NCBI GenBank assembly: GCA_039679675.1
Contig: JBDKUN010000062.1
Coordinates: 81,840-145,839 of the forward strand
Direction: 5' to 3'
Source: Armatimonadota bacterium
Lineage (GTDB): Bacteria; Armatimonadota; UBA5829; DTLH01
DNA: 64,000 bases
The notes beneath the pieces are model-generated. The model did not search any database, had not been told where the DNA came from, and saw nothing but the letters and a program-made list of their open reading frames with translations. Position numbers and translations under genes: made by a program. Each line of letters opens with the position of its first letter. The first letter of the stretch is position 1. This document shows positions 28,142-37,718 of this stretch, in pieces.

Positions 28142-29274
28142 TAATTCCTTCCAAAATGCCTGAAAACGGCGTCTTTTATATGTTCGGATGCATGGCCGTC
28201 GCCGTAGGGACTGGCCACCTTAGCCATTCTATCATATTCCGCCCTGTCTTCAAGCAGTTTGTTTGCCTCTGTTACGACTTTATTGAAATCAGTGCCGACG
28301 AGCTTCGCGCTTCCAGCCTGTACGCCTTCTGGCCGCTCGGTTGTCTCTCTCAACACCAGAACGGGTTTTCCGAGTGCAGGCCCTTCTTCCTGAACACCGC
28401 CCGAATCTGTCAGGATCAGATATGCGGATTTCATCAGGTGGACGAACGGAACGTAATCCGGCGGCTCTACCAGGTGAATGCGTTCGACATCTTTCAGCTC
28501 AGGCACGACAACTTCGCGGACAATCGGGTTTTTATGAAGCGAAAAGACGACCGATGTGTCTGGATGCTGCCGCACTATCTCTCTTACTGCGCGGCAAATC
28601 TCTCTCATCGGTTCTCCCCAATTCTCACGGCGGTGGGAGGTGACGAGTATCATCTGGCTGCCGTTACCTGTTGCACGGGCCAGTTCTACGTCTTCAAATG
28701 TATGGGGTTTCGATGCTATGTGAAGGAGCGCATCGATGACCGTGTTGCCGGTCACGAAAATCATATCAGCCGGGACTCCCTGAGCAAGCAGGTTGTCTTT
28801 TGCCTGGGCAGTCGGAGCGAAATGCAAGTCAGCAAGCACTCCGGTCAGCCTGCGGTTCATCTCTTCGGGGAAAGGATTGAACTTGTTATCGGTACGGAGC
28901 CCCGCTTCGACGTGCCCGAATGCGGTCTTATGATAAAACGCGGCAAGACTTGCTACAAAAGTGGTAGTTGTATCACCTTGGGCGAGGATTATATCCGGCT
29001 GGACTTCTTCAATCACAGGGTCGAGCCCTTCGAGCGCTCGGCAAGTCATCCCCGAAAGCGATTGCCTGGCCTGCATGATGGCGAGATCGTAGTCCGGCTT
29101 TATTTGAAAGACGGACAATACCTGATCGAGCATTTCCCTGTGCTGTCCCGTAACAGCGACAGACAGCTCAACATCTTTTGTGTATTTGGCAAATTCCAGC
29201 ACTACCGGCGCCATTTTTATGGCATCCGGCCTTGTGCCGAAGACAGTGAGTACTTTTAGCTTGCGATCAGCCAT
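28141..29274 (-). CDS. wecB: UDP-N-acetylglucosamine 2-epimerase (non-hydrolysing)
   Basis: FGTRPDAIKMAP, GQHREML, HVEAGLRT, PEEMNR, TDSGGVQEE. Confidence 0.95.
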   Translation of the reverse strand: MADRKLKVLTVFGTRPDAIKMAPVVLEFAKYTKDVELSVAVTGQHREMLDQVLSVFQIKPDYDLAIMQARQSLSGMTCRALEGLDPVIEEVQPDIILAQGDTTTTFVASLAAFYHKTAFGHVEAGLRTDNKFNPFPEEMNRRLTGVLADLHFAPTAQAKDNLLAQGVPADMIFVTGNTVIDALLHIASKPHTFEDVELARATGNGSQMILVTSHRRENWGEPMREICRAVREIVRQHPDTSVVFSLHKNPIVREVVVPELKDVERIHLVEPPDYVPFVHLMKSAYLILTDSGGVQEEGPALGKPVLVLRETTERPEGVQAGSAKLVGTDFNKVVTEANKLLEDRAEYDRMAKVASPYGDGHASEHIKDAVFRHFGRN

Positions 29275-29292
29275 CCAAAATCTACCTTTTTT

Positions 29293-29682
29293 GAACCGCG
29301 GAGACGCGGAATGATGAGAAAACGCGGAAAGTGGAGATTTTTTCTTATGCTTCAGGACCGCAGTTCGTCCAACCCCGTGGACCTACCGGACCACGGGGAG
29401 AAGCACAATCTTCCACCAATTTGAGAAGCTTTCCTGGATGCTGAATCAAGTTCAGCATGACGTTTTCCCTTTGCTTCGGACTGCTTGCTCTCGCATCATC
29501 TACGATGATGCTGCCGCGACAGCGTTTTCGAAGAAAGCGCGATAGCTGCCGAAGCGTCCGCCGTAGGCGGACTTTACCATATACTTGTATGCTTTTCGTC
29601 CCGAAGTAGAGTCTCCTCTAGCTTCCATGCTGTAGGAATTGATTCTGCGCATATTGCACAATTATCCTAAATCTGCCATTCC
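29293..29682. repeat. mosaic intergenic palindrome cluster B
   Basis: Contains an exact 36-nt copy of the GIY-YIG flank (29427-29462) and inverted homologues of most cluster A modules. Confidence 0.88.
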
Positions 29683-29700
29683 AGTTTCAAAACCCTACAG

Positions 29701-30711
29701 CTACTTCAAATACCAGAACATAACCAAGCCCAGTGCGGAGAGCGAAGCAGTCAGCAGATAGATCACCCAGATTGTCTGTTTCTGGCTCAGTCCGCGCTGC
29801 AGCAGCCTGTGATGTACATGGCTTTTGTCTGCTTCGTAGACTTTTGTGCCACGAATTGCCCTACTTACGATAACGAAAGCTGTGTCCAGTATCGGAATAG
29901 CAAGCACAAGGAGCGGGACAGCCATTGCAACGAGCGTGGAAACCTTGAATGCACCTATCACTGACGCCGATGCAAGCACGAATCCCATAAATTGAGCGCC
30001 TACTGTGCCCATAAATATCTTCGCAGGCGGGTAATTGAGTCTCAAGAACCCCAAACTGGCTCCTAGAAGCGCGCCGCTCAGAATCAAGACTGTGGTAAAC
30101 AACCTCACCCGGTCCGCGCTTTGAGCGGTCGGGATGATCACGCTGTGGATGCTCCCCAGCGCCTGCAGCGACATGACGAAAAGCGTGGCGGCTGCAATGG
30201 CGCATATTCCGGCGGCAAGCCCGTCAAGCCCGTCCATCAGATCAACTGTTTTGGTGACCCCGAATATCCAGATGAGTGTCAGCGGTATTGCCAGCCAGGG
30301 TTTGAACCACCAGTAACCGGGCCCAATCGGTTTGTTGATGTAGGATACGATTCCTCCGAAGTAGACCAGCACAGCTCCACCGGCTAGAATTGCCAGAATC
30401 TGGGCATACGGCGGAAAATCATACTTGTCATCGAGCATACCTGCGATGGCTATTACCGTTCCGCCAAGGAGCACGCCGAGCATCTGCTTGTTGATCCCGA
30501 CATGCGGGTCGAGTTTGACTGCGATGATTACAGCAGCGATAAACGCGATGTAGATTGCAAGCCCGCCCCACCTCGGAGTCGGTGTTACATGCACTCTACG
30601 CTCGCTGGGTTGATCGATAACTCCGGCTTTTATCGCCAGCTTCCTTACCAGCGGTGTCAGTAAAAATGACCCTATAAAGGCCACAATAATTGCGATAATC
30701 GCACTATTCAC
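29701..30711 (-). CDS. undecaprenyl-phosphate alpha-GlcNAc-1-phosphate transferase (TagO/WecA, MraY superfamily)
   Basis: PTPRWGG, GMLDDK, DLMDGLDGL, IFMG, PILDT, DKSHVHHRL. Confidence 0.9.
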   Translation of the reverse strand: MNSAIIAIIVAFIGSFLLTPLVRKLAIKAGVIDQPSERRVHVTPTPRWGGLAIYIAFIAAVIIAVKLDPHVGINKQMLGVLLGGTVIAIAGMLDDKYDFPPYAQILAILAGGAVLVYFGGIVSYINKPIGPGYWWFKPWLAIPLTLIWIFGVTKTVDLMDGLDGLAAGICAIAAATLFVMSLQALGSIHSVIIPTAQSADRVRLFTTVLILSGALLGASLGFLRLNYPPAKIFMGTVGAQFMGFVLASASVIGAFKVSTLVAMAVPLLVLAIPILDTAFVIVSRAIRGTKVYEADKSHVHHRLLQRGLSQKQTIWVIYLLTASLSALGLVMFWYLK

Positions 30712-31181
30712 TAAATATCCTCGGAATCTAATACAAACCGGACCATCTCGATTTCAGCCTGTCCCAACATCTCCAGTGCGAAATCGTCCGGGTAATCCCC
30801 CTGAAATACCACGCGCGTGACACCGGAGTTTATGATCGCCTTTGCGCACAGACTGCATGGCTGGTGTGTGCAGTAGAGCGTAGAACCCTTTGTCGACACA
30901 CCGTAGAGCGCAGCCTGCATAATGGCGTTTTGCTCGGCGTGGAGCGCCCGGCAAAGCTCATGCCTTGTGCCGGACTCAATTCCGAGCTTGTCACGCATAC
31001 ATCCAAGTTCAAAACAGTGCGGCAGCCCGCTCGGCGCGCCGTTGTAACCGGTCGTAAGTATTCGTTTGTCTTTAACGACGATAGCTCCGATCTGCCTTCT
31101 GACGCATGTCGAGCGCTTGGCCACCACATGGGCGATTTCCATAAAATATTCGTCCCAATCAGGCCGCCTGCGCTCCGTCAA
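30711..31181 (-). CDS. dCMP deaminase family protein (ComEB-like)
   Basis: RSTC.RRQIGA, TGYNG, HAEQNA, PCSLC. Confidence 0.92.
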   Translation of the reverse strand: MTERRRPDWDEYFMEIAHVVAKRSTCVRRQIGAIVVKDKRILTTGYNGAPSGLPHCFELGCMRDKLGIESGTRHELCRALHAEQNAIMQAALYGVSTKGSTLYCTHQPCSLCAKAIINSGVTRVVFQGDYPDDFALEMLGQAEIEMVRFVLDSEDI

Positions 31182-32455
31182 TTTGCGCCCCCATAGACAG
31201 GGAAAGCGTCGCAGAGTTCCTTGACGCGTGCTCTGATCGAGTTTTTGGTCGCTTCACTTTCAGGGTCAGAAAGCGCCGTCGTTATGAGATCGGCGATGGT
31301 TTCCATCTCCGGTTCTTTCATACCTCTTGTGGTTACTGCCGGTGTTCCGATCCTGATACCGCTCGTTACGAACGGTTTTTCTTTGTCGAAGGGGATCATA
31401 TTTTTGTTTACTACAATGCCGACATCCTCAAGCACTGCCTGAGCCATTTTACCGGTCATATGTTTTCCGGTAAGGTCGATCAACATCAGGTGAGTGTCCG
31501 TTCCGCCTGAGACGAGTCTGAATCCTTCACCGACGAGTTTATTTGCCAGCGTCTTAGCGTTCTTCAAAATCTGGTTCTGATAATCTTTGAACTCAGGGGA
31601 CATTGCCTCTTTATAACATACGGCTTTTGCCGCGATTATGTGCTCAAGGGGACCGCCCTGCATACCGGGAAAGACTGTCTTATCAATAATCTCTGCAAAT
31701 TCCTTCTTGCAGAGGATCATTCCGGCGCGCGGGCCTCTTAAAGTCTTGTGAGTCGTGCTTGTAACGATGTCCGCATACGGTACCGGCGAAGGGTGCGCAC
31801 CTGTCGCTACCATTCCGGCAATGTGTGCCATATCGACCATAAATACCGCGCCGACCTCGTCCGCAATGCTCTTCATTTCGGCGAAATCGATAATTCTTGG
31901 GTATACAGACGCGCCGGTGACGAGTATTTTCGGTCTGCACTCCTTCGCAATCTGTCTGATATGGTCATAGTTCAGCACTTCGGTGTCCTGATCGACTCCG
32001 TAATGGACTGCATTATAGAGCCTGCCGGAGAAGTTTACCGGACTGCCGTGTGTGAGGTGTCCGCCGTGCGCCAGATCGAGCGCCATGAAGGTATCTCCCG
32101 GCTTCATGACCGCAAAGTAGGCTGCCATGTTTGCGATGGCTCCGGAGTGGGGTTGGACATTCGCATGTTCGGCTTTGTACAGTTCTTTTGCGCGCTCGAT
32201 AGCGAGCGTTTCTATAACATCAACGAATTCGCATCCGCCGTAATAACGCTTTCCCGGGTAGCCCTCGGCATACTTATTGGTCAAAACCGAACCCTGTGCT
32301 TGCAGAATGGCCCGGCTGGCGTAGTTTTCGGACGCGATCAGCACGAGTTTTTCATGCTGCCGCTTTTCCTCATGCTTGATTGCTTCGGCGACTTCGGGGT
32401 CTACTTCCGAAAGGGGAAGCTCCATCGTACTACTTCGTATATCTACGGCACCCAC
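31178..32455 (-). CDS. glyA: serine hydroxymethyltransferase
   Basis: [41 protein letters not shown] before GTG 32455. Confidence 0.97.
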   Translation of the reverse strand: MGAVDIRSSTMELPLSEVDPEVAEAIKHEEKRQHEKLVLIASENYASRAILQAQGSVLTNKYAEGYPGKRYYGGCEFVDVIETLAIERAKELYKAEHANVQPHSGAIANMAAYFAVMKPGDTFMALDLAHGGHLTHGSPVNFSGRLYNAVHYGVDQDTEVLNYDHIRQIAKECRPKILVTGASVYPRIIDFAEMKSIADEVGAVFMVDMAHIAGMVATGAHPSPVPYADIVTSTTHKTLRGPRAGMILCKKEFAEIIDKTVFPGMQGGPLEHIIAAKAVCYKEAMSPEFKDYQNQILKNAKTLANKLVGEGFRLVSGGTDTHLMLIDLTGKHMTGKMAQAVLEDVGIVVNKNMIPFDKEKPFVTSGIRIGTPAVTTRGMKEPEMETIADLITTALSDPESEATKNSIRARVKELCDAFPVYGGAN

Positions 32456-32521
32456 TTGTTGATCCTCCTTGGAGCACATCCATATTTGGATGCGTCTATC
32501 GCTCCTGAACTGCTGCCAGTT

Positions 32522-32953
32522 TTATTGTTCGATCTTGTTAACGCGGTTTATGTGGCGCGGCTCGGTCGAAAATTCGGTCTCAAGCCACACGCGGATTATA
32601 TTTTTTGCAAGTTCCGGCCCGATGACCCGGCCTCCGAGCGTAAGCACATTGGTATTGTTATGTTCTCTTGACATCCTGGCCGTGTATTCATCAGATGCAA
32701 GAACAGCCCTGATCCCATGGACCTTGTTAGCTGTTATGCACATCCCAACGCCTGTCCCGCAGATAAGGATGCCTCGGTCATACTCGCCCGAAGCTACGGC
32801 ATCTGAAACTTCGCGCGCTATATCGGGATAATCGACAGGATCATTCGAGTAGGTCCCGAAGTCCCGGATTTCGTAGTTTTCCGTCCTGAGTGCGTCAAGG
32901 ATTTGCTGCTTCATGTCGTAACCACCGTGATCGGAGCCGACAGCTATCTTCAT
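32522..32953 (-). CDS. rpiB: ribose-5-phosphate isomerase B
   Basis: GSDHGG, DYPD, CGTGVG, REHNN.N, RH..RV.KI. Confidence 0.95.
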   Translation of the reverse strand: MKIAVGSDHGGYDMKQQILDALRTENYEIRDFGTYSNDPVDYPDIAREVSDAVASGEYDRGILICGTGVGMCITANKVHGIRAVLASDEYTARMSREHNNTNVLTLGGRVIGPELAKNIIRVWLETEFSTEPRHINRVNKIEQ

Positions 32954-33064
32954 TATCTACATAATCCTTACAAAAGTGGTTTTCCAGCGGCTTACGCCGC
33001 CGCAATTATACCGCTCTGCGCAGGCCGATGTAAAGCAAATGACAGAGGATCTGCCGGATTTAGG

Positions 33065-33160
33065 ACCGCGGAGGCACGGAATAGAGGGAAACGCGGAAGG
33101 TGGAAATTAGTATGCTTCGGGACGAACTGCGGTCCCGAAGCACGAGTCTCCACTAATCCT
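33065..33160. repeat. intergenic repeat carrying the basic GCTTCGGGAC-GAACTGCG-GTCCCGAAGC hairpin
   Basis: Related copies at 3512-3542, 26098-26119, 29346-29370, and a partial one at 46243-46269. Confidence 0.8.
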
Positions 33161-33192
33161 TCTTCGCGCAATTTGCGATTTAAAGCAGACCG

Positions 33193-33894
33193 TTACTTCT
33201 TTCTTGTAAGCAGTCTGCGCGTGATTTTACGTATGCTGCCGCCGATATTTTTAGCAAGCTCTTCGTAGGGCAGGGGAGTGTTCAGCCGGTCTATCTCTTC
33301 GGGGCGGAGCTGGCCGGGTGCATGTTTGTGCTTCAGCATCAAAACTGCGTAGAGGTCGCCGTCGATGAATTGCCGGAAAAGGAAATTTATGAACGGGTTC
33401 AACCCATGCCCGCGCATCACGCAGGCGGCGAAATCTACTACTTTTGGTTTGCCGTCACTCGCGATCATCACGTTACCGGAGCTTCTCAGATCGCAGTGGG
33501 TGACGCCTCGTGAATGCACAGCGTCCATAATATTGTCCAGCTCGTCGAAAAACCCTTCAGGGATGTTTCCTTCGAAGTCCCTGAGTGCGGTCCCATCGAT
33601 ATGCTCGATTACCATGGCGTGCCGGTCGATCCGCTGGAATAACCTGGGCACACCTTCGACGCCGTCCATCCGGGCGAGCGCGGTGCTCTCCCGCCGGATC
33701 AGAATCGGGCCGATAAAAATTCTGAACAGCATGTCGCTTCGCCGGAAATCTTTTACTACAAAGCGGCGGTTTTCGATTTCCACTACCCTGACATCGGGGC
33801 GTGTTCCTCCGGCAGTCCTGAGGAATGCGACAGTGTGATTTTCTATTTCTTTTCGGGTCATTTGAAGTGCCTGTGCCGGGAATACCCGGCACAC
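33193..33894 (-). CDS. atypical kinase-like protein (RIO/Kdo-WaaP-like fold)
   Basis: VVKDF, RE..AL, HCDLRSSGNV, VVDFA. Confidence 0.75.
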   Translation of the reverse strand: MCRVFPAQALQMTRKEIENHTVAFLRTAGGTRPDVRVVEIENRRFVVKDFRRSDMLFRIFIGPILIRRESTALARMDGVEGVPRLFQRIDRHAMVIEHIDGTALRDFEGNIPEGFFDELDNIMDAVHSRGVTHCDLRSSGNVMIASDGKPKVVDFAACVMRGHGLNPFINFLFRQFIDGDLYAVLMLKHKHAPGQLRPEEIDRLNTPLPYEELAKNIGGSIRKITRRLLTRKK

Positions 33895-33911
33895 ATCGAG
33901 GAACTAATAAT

Positions 33912-34892
33912 TCAGAACATCTGGTCTACGAGCTTCCGGGCATCGTCGTTGTCTGAAAGGCAGACTCTGCTATCGCTGCTCGGCAGGATCGCCGTTCGGA
34001 TCGATTCCTTGGGCAAAGACTTGATGAACATAGCTATGGTCATCATCTGCGCGTCGCTCATCGAGCTGTTTATGCCGCTTTTGAGCGTGTCTATCAACTC
34101 CGGCAGACGAAAGAATACAGACCTGGACATGATCTTGCTCTTGGTCGCCAAAAGAAGCTGATGCTGCCGTGCGATCCGTTCCTGATCGGTAACGCTGTGT
34201 CCGTCGTTCGACTTTCTGAACCGCACGAAACCGAGGGCTTCTTTGCCGTCCATCATCTGGGTCCCCGGCTTAAGATGAATGTGGAGGTTCCCCCAGTTGT
34301 CGTCGTAGTCCATTTGCTTGTCTACGGTGATCTGCAGTCCTCCGAGCGTATCTATCGCTTTTTCAAAGCTCTTGTAGTCCACTACCAGATACTCTTCAGG
34401 TTTGATGTCCAGGAAATTTTCGATAGTCTCCATACAGAGTTCAGGCCCGCCGTATGCATGGGCTGCGTTTATCTTGTGTTTTCCGCGATGGCCTGGAATC
34501 CGAACGCGTGTGTCTCTCGGAATAGAGAGAATATTTGCTGTCCGGTCCTTGAAATCGAGCCTGACAAGCAAGATGGTGTCGGTGCGGCCGTTTGTTTTGA
34601 GCACTCTATCATGGTTATCGAGGTCGACATCCTTGCCGAGGAAAAGCAGGGTAACGTTGTCTTTGTCAGGGAACGATTTTTCGGGCTGCCACATGCCTGT
34701 ACGCCAATCGTGGACAATTTGACGTACGGTCTTGCTGCCGAAATACACGTATCCTACCACCGTGCCAAGACCAAGTGAAAAAATAAGAAACAAGCCTAAA
34801 AAGATTCTCCAGACCCAACGGACAGTCCGACGACGGCGGACGGGCCTCCTCGACAAAGGTCTTCTCGACACGGTACGCATGCGTTGCTGCAT
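33912..34892 (-). CDS. LCP (LytR-CpsA-Psr) family protein
   Basis: GRTDTI, SIPRDT, KINAAHAYGG, FVRFR, RIARQ; single N-terminal TM helix. Confidence 0.93.
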   Translation of the reverse strand: MQQRMRTVSRRPLSRRPVRRRRTVRWVWRIFLGLFLIFSLGLGTVVGYVYFGSKTVRQIVHDWRTGMWQPEKSFPDKDNVTLLFLGKDVDLDNHDRVLKTNGRTDTILLVRLDFKDRTANILSIPRDTRVRIPGHRGKHKINAAHAYGGPELCMETIENFLDIKPEEYLVVDYKSFEKAIDTLGGLQITVDKQMDYDDNWGNLHIHLKPGTQMMDGKEALGFVRFRKSNDGHSVTDQERIARQHQLLLATKSKIMSRSVFFRLPELIDTLKSGINSSMSDAQMMTIAMFIKSLPKESIRTAILPSSDSRVCLSDNDDARKLVDQMF

Positions 34893-35083
34893 CAGTTTTT
34901 CAAGAATCCTCCAAAACTACAAGTCTCTGTCAAAGCACACTCACCAGCTTCGTAGAGAGCTTTCATAAGTATAGTGTCGTGAAAGGACGGCTGTCAACCG
35001 AATAAGCTTTCACAGGCGGAAGATTGATTCGCCCGTGCTTACTCGCTATAATGGCTTCGTACGTATTATTGGGGGTGTAACAC

Positions 35084-36118
35084 ATGCGTAAAAATTCTCT
35101 ATTTGCTCTCACTCTTTTACTGATGTTGTGCGCAAGCACGGCTGTTTTTGCGGCAAAGCCGAAGCCAAAGGCAAAGCCCGCACCCAAACCAGCCAAGGTA
35201 AAGATCCAGTCGGTGATGCTTGCAGGTGACAACGGCGTATTCGGGACGGTCTATTCAATAAGAAAAGGCTATCCGATCTACTTCAGGCTGAAAAGCGCCG
35301 AGTACACTACTGATCAGATGGTCATAGGAGACCGTTTGTATGCGCCTAAGGCCGGCGAGAAACTGCTGGTGCTGCATTTCACGGTTCAGAACCCGCAGAA
35401 GTCCGAGCAGCAGGTCCGCTGGGACTCTCTCAGGTTTACCGCAGTTGACTCCATGAATGTGAACAATGACGTTCAATCGGATTGGGGGGACGAGATAAAC
35501 GGAGGCAGCGTAAACATGCTGCTGAAGCCCGCGCAGAAGATAGATATTTTCGCCAGTATTATAGTCCCTGCCAAGGGAATTATTCCTAAGCTTATGGTTA
35601 TGTCCGATTGCGACGACGACGGTCCGATACTTCGCTACGACCTCAGGAATCCCAAGAATGCAGTGGCCCCGCTGAAGAAATACGTGTCAGACCCATCCGA
35701 CGCAAGCGGCTGCACTGCCATGGAGACAGTCCCTGGGGCGTTAGGCACTGCCTATCCTTGTAACAATTTCGACATTACAGTTCAGAAATCCGGTTACCTC
35801 GAAGAAGGTATAAACGGAGAAGAGCTGGAGGAGGGTATTCATTACTTTACGGTAACGGTTCTTGTGAAGAACAAGTCTCCTGAAAAAACTTATCTCCGCT
35901 GGGACTCGATCATCCCAGTTTTACTCTCTACGGACGGTGAAGAATTGAATTACAAGGACATGCTCTTGGCATCAGCCAGCCGTGGGATAAGTAGAGACCT
36001 GAAACCCGGTGAAGAAGTGACTGTGCGGTTATGTTTCGAGCTGTCGAAAGATGCAACTCCTCAAACGCTTTCGATCAAAGAAGAAGAAAGCCGGACGTAC
36101 GAGTTCAAAATGCAGTAA
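35084..36118 (+). CDS. secreted protein with two Ig-like (DUF4352-like) domains
   Basis: Signal peptide, PK-rich linker, internal repeat V.N......RWDS...LKP. Confidence 0.7.
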   Translation: MRKNSLFALTLLLMLCASTAVFAAKPKPKAKPAPKPAKVKIQSVMLAGDNGVFGTVYSIRKGYPIYFRLKSAEYTTDQMVIGDRLYAPKAGEKLLVLHFTVQNPQKSEQQVRWDSLRFTAVDSMNVNNDVQSDWGDEINGGSVNMLLKPAQKIDIFASIIVPAKGIIPKLMVMSDCDDDGPILRYDLRNPKNAVAPLKKYVSDPSDASGCTAMETVPGALGTAYPCNNFDITVQKSGYLEEGINGEELEEGIHYFTVTVLVKNKSPEKTYLRWDSIIPVLLSTDGEELNYKDMLLASASRGISRDLKPGEEVTVRLCFELSKDATPQTLSIKEEESRTYEFKMQ

Positions 36119-36265
36119 TAGCGCATTTGCAGATTCTGGTGCTGTCTATGAAATGCATGCAAGGCTTGATTTAGTGATACAAGCGTATGCATTTGCCGGA
36201 CAGCACCTTTTTCTTGTTGCCGTCGATTTGCTCCGATGAGATTTCGCCGTGGAGGTCTATAGTAC

Positions 36266-37315
36266 ATGACAAAAAGGGAAAATATTCTGAAGACCGTTCG
36301 TTTTGAGACACCGGACTATATCCCGATGATCTTCAGTTTCAACCCGGCATGCTGGAACCATTATCCGAAGGACGCATTGTTTGAGCTTATGAGCGAGCAT
36401 CATTTTCTTTTCCCTGATTTCGATGCTAATCACCCACCTGTACCTTATTACGGTCCGCAACAGCGGGCAGGGCAGCCTTATACCGATGGTTGGGGTTGTG
36501 TATGGAAGACGACCAAAGACGGAATCTCCGGAAGTGTGGCAGAGCATCCGCTGGAAAGTTGGGATGCTTTCGATGGCTATACCCCACCGGACCCTGCGTT
36601 ATCCTGCGGGCTTGAGCCTCGCGATTGGAACCAGATAGCCAGTAATCTGCAAAAGGTTCGGTCAAATGGCGAACTGACATCTGGAAGCCTGAACCATGGC
36701 CATACGTTTCTTCTTATGTGCGACCTCCGTGGATATCAAAACCTGCTCTTCGATATGATCGACCAGGATCCCAGACTATACAAACTGCTCGGTGTTATAG
36801 AGGATTTCAATCTGTCCGTGGTAACAAGATTTCTCGAACTCGGTATTGAGTGGATGAGCTATCCAGAAGATTTGGGAATGCAGATTGGCCCGATGATCTC
36901 GCCTGAACTGTTCCGCCGGTTCATCAAGCCCAGTTACCAGCGCATTATGGAACCTGCACGCAAAGCTGGCTGCATCGTGCATATGCACTCCGACGGAGAT
37001 ATCCGAAGCCTTGCTGCTGATCTTGTTGACGGTGGTGTTCAGGTGCTTAATTTACAGGATCTGGTCAACGGCATCGACTGGATTGTCGAAAACTTTGCTG
37101 GTAAAGTATGCATAGATTTGGATATAGACCGCCAGACAATTACTCCTAACGGCACTCCTCAGCAAATCGATGCGTTGATCCGGGAGGAAGTTGAAAATCT
37201 TTCTACCAAAAACGGAGGGTTGATGATGCTGTACGGCCTTTACCCCGGCGTTCCGCTGGAAAACGTAAAGGTTCTGATGGATGCAATGGAACGCTATGCG
37301 TTCTATTATGCTTAA
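36266..37315 (+). CDS. uroporphyrinogen decarboxylase family protein (URO-D/MtaA-like)
   Basis: YTDGWGCVW, LRGYQNL, EDLG.Q..PMISP..FR.FIKP.Y, HSDG, VPLENV. Confidence 0.85.
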   Translation: MTKRENILKTVRFETPDYIPMIFSFNPACWNHYPKDALFELMSEHHFLFPDFDANHPPVPYYGPQQRAGQPYTDGWGCVWKTTKDGISGSVAEHPLESWDAFDGYTPPDPALSCGLEPRDWNQIASNLQKVRSNGELTSGSLNHGHTFLLMCDLRGYQNLLFDMIDQDPRLYKLLGVIEDFNLSVVTRFLELGIEWMSYPEDLGMQIGPMISPELFRRFIKPSYQRIMEPARKAGCIVHMHSDGDIRSLAADLVDGGVQVLNLQDLVNGIDWIVENFAGKVCIDLDIDRQTITPNGTPQQIDALIREEVENLSTKNGGLMMLYGLYPGVPLENVKVLMDAMERYAFYYA

Positions 37316-37447
37316 TGCCATTTGGATGAAGGTTCAGTTTTCAAGTGGGAGCCATCTGTAACCAAAAATGAAAGATCTGTCCAGCTCAAACCAGATAGCA
37401 ACCGGTATTATAAAGAATTTCAGTTGACTTTGACTTTCACCGACCGC

Positions 37448-37706
37448 GAATGCAGACCCGTCCGACGCAAGCGGCTGCACTGCCATGGAGACAGTCCCTG
37501 GTGAGTTAGGCATTGCTTATCCTTGTAACAATTTTGACATTACGGTCCAGAAGTCCGGTTACCTCGAAGAAGGCATAAACGGAGAAGAGCTGGAGGAGGG
37601 TATTCATTACTTTACAGTAACGGTTCTTGTGAAGAACAAGTCTCCTTTGCGGATTCTGGTGCTGTCTATGAAATACATGTAAGGCTTGATTTAGTGATAC
37701 AAGCGT
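37448..37706 (+). pseudogene. internally deleted second copy of the 35084-36118 gene and its 3' flank
   Basis: 37453-37646 aligns to 35688-35881 with 11 substitutions; 37646-37706 aligns to 36126-36186. Confidence 0.88.
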
Positions 37707-37718
37707 TTCAGATATGCT

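Noticed and set aside
20758..29259. Long + strand ORFs such as 20758-21696, 23610-24503 and 28132-29259
   Set aside because: Antisense shadows of well-supported hydA, hydB and wecB with no recognisable motifs; the same applies to 10315-11301, 31748-32671 and 6360-7178.
25785..29682. CRISPR array
   Set aside because: No regularly spaced identical repeats with unique spacers and no cas genes; the repeats are irregular hairpin mosaics.
35688..37646. Diversity-generating retroelement TR/VR pair
   Set aside because: The 11 differences are not confined to adenines, are mostly third-position, and no reverse transcriptase is present.
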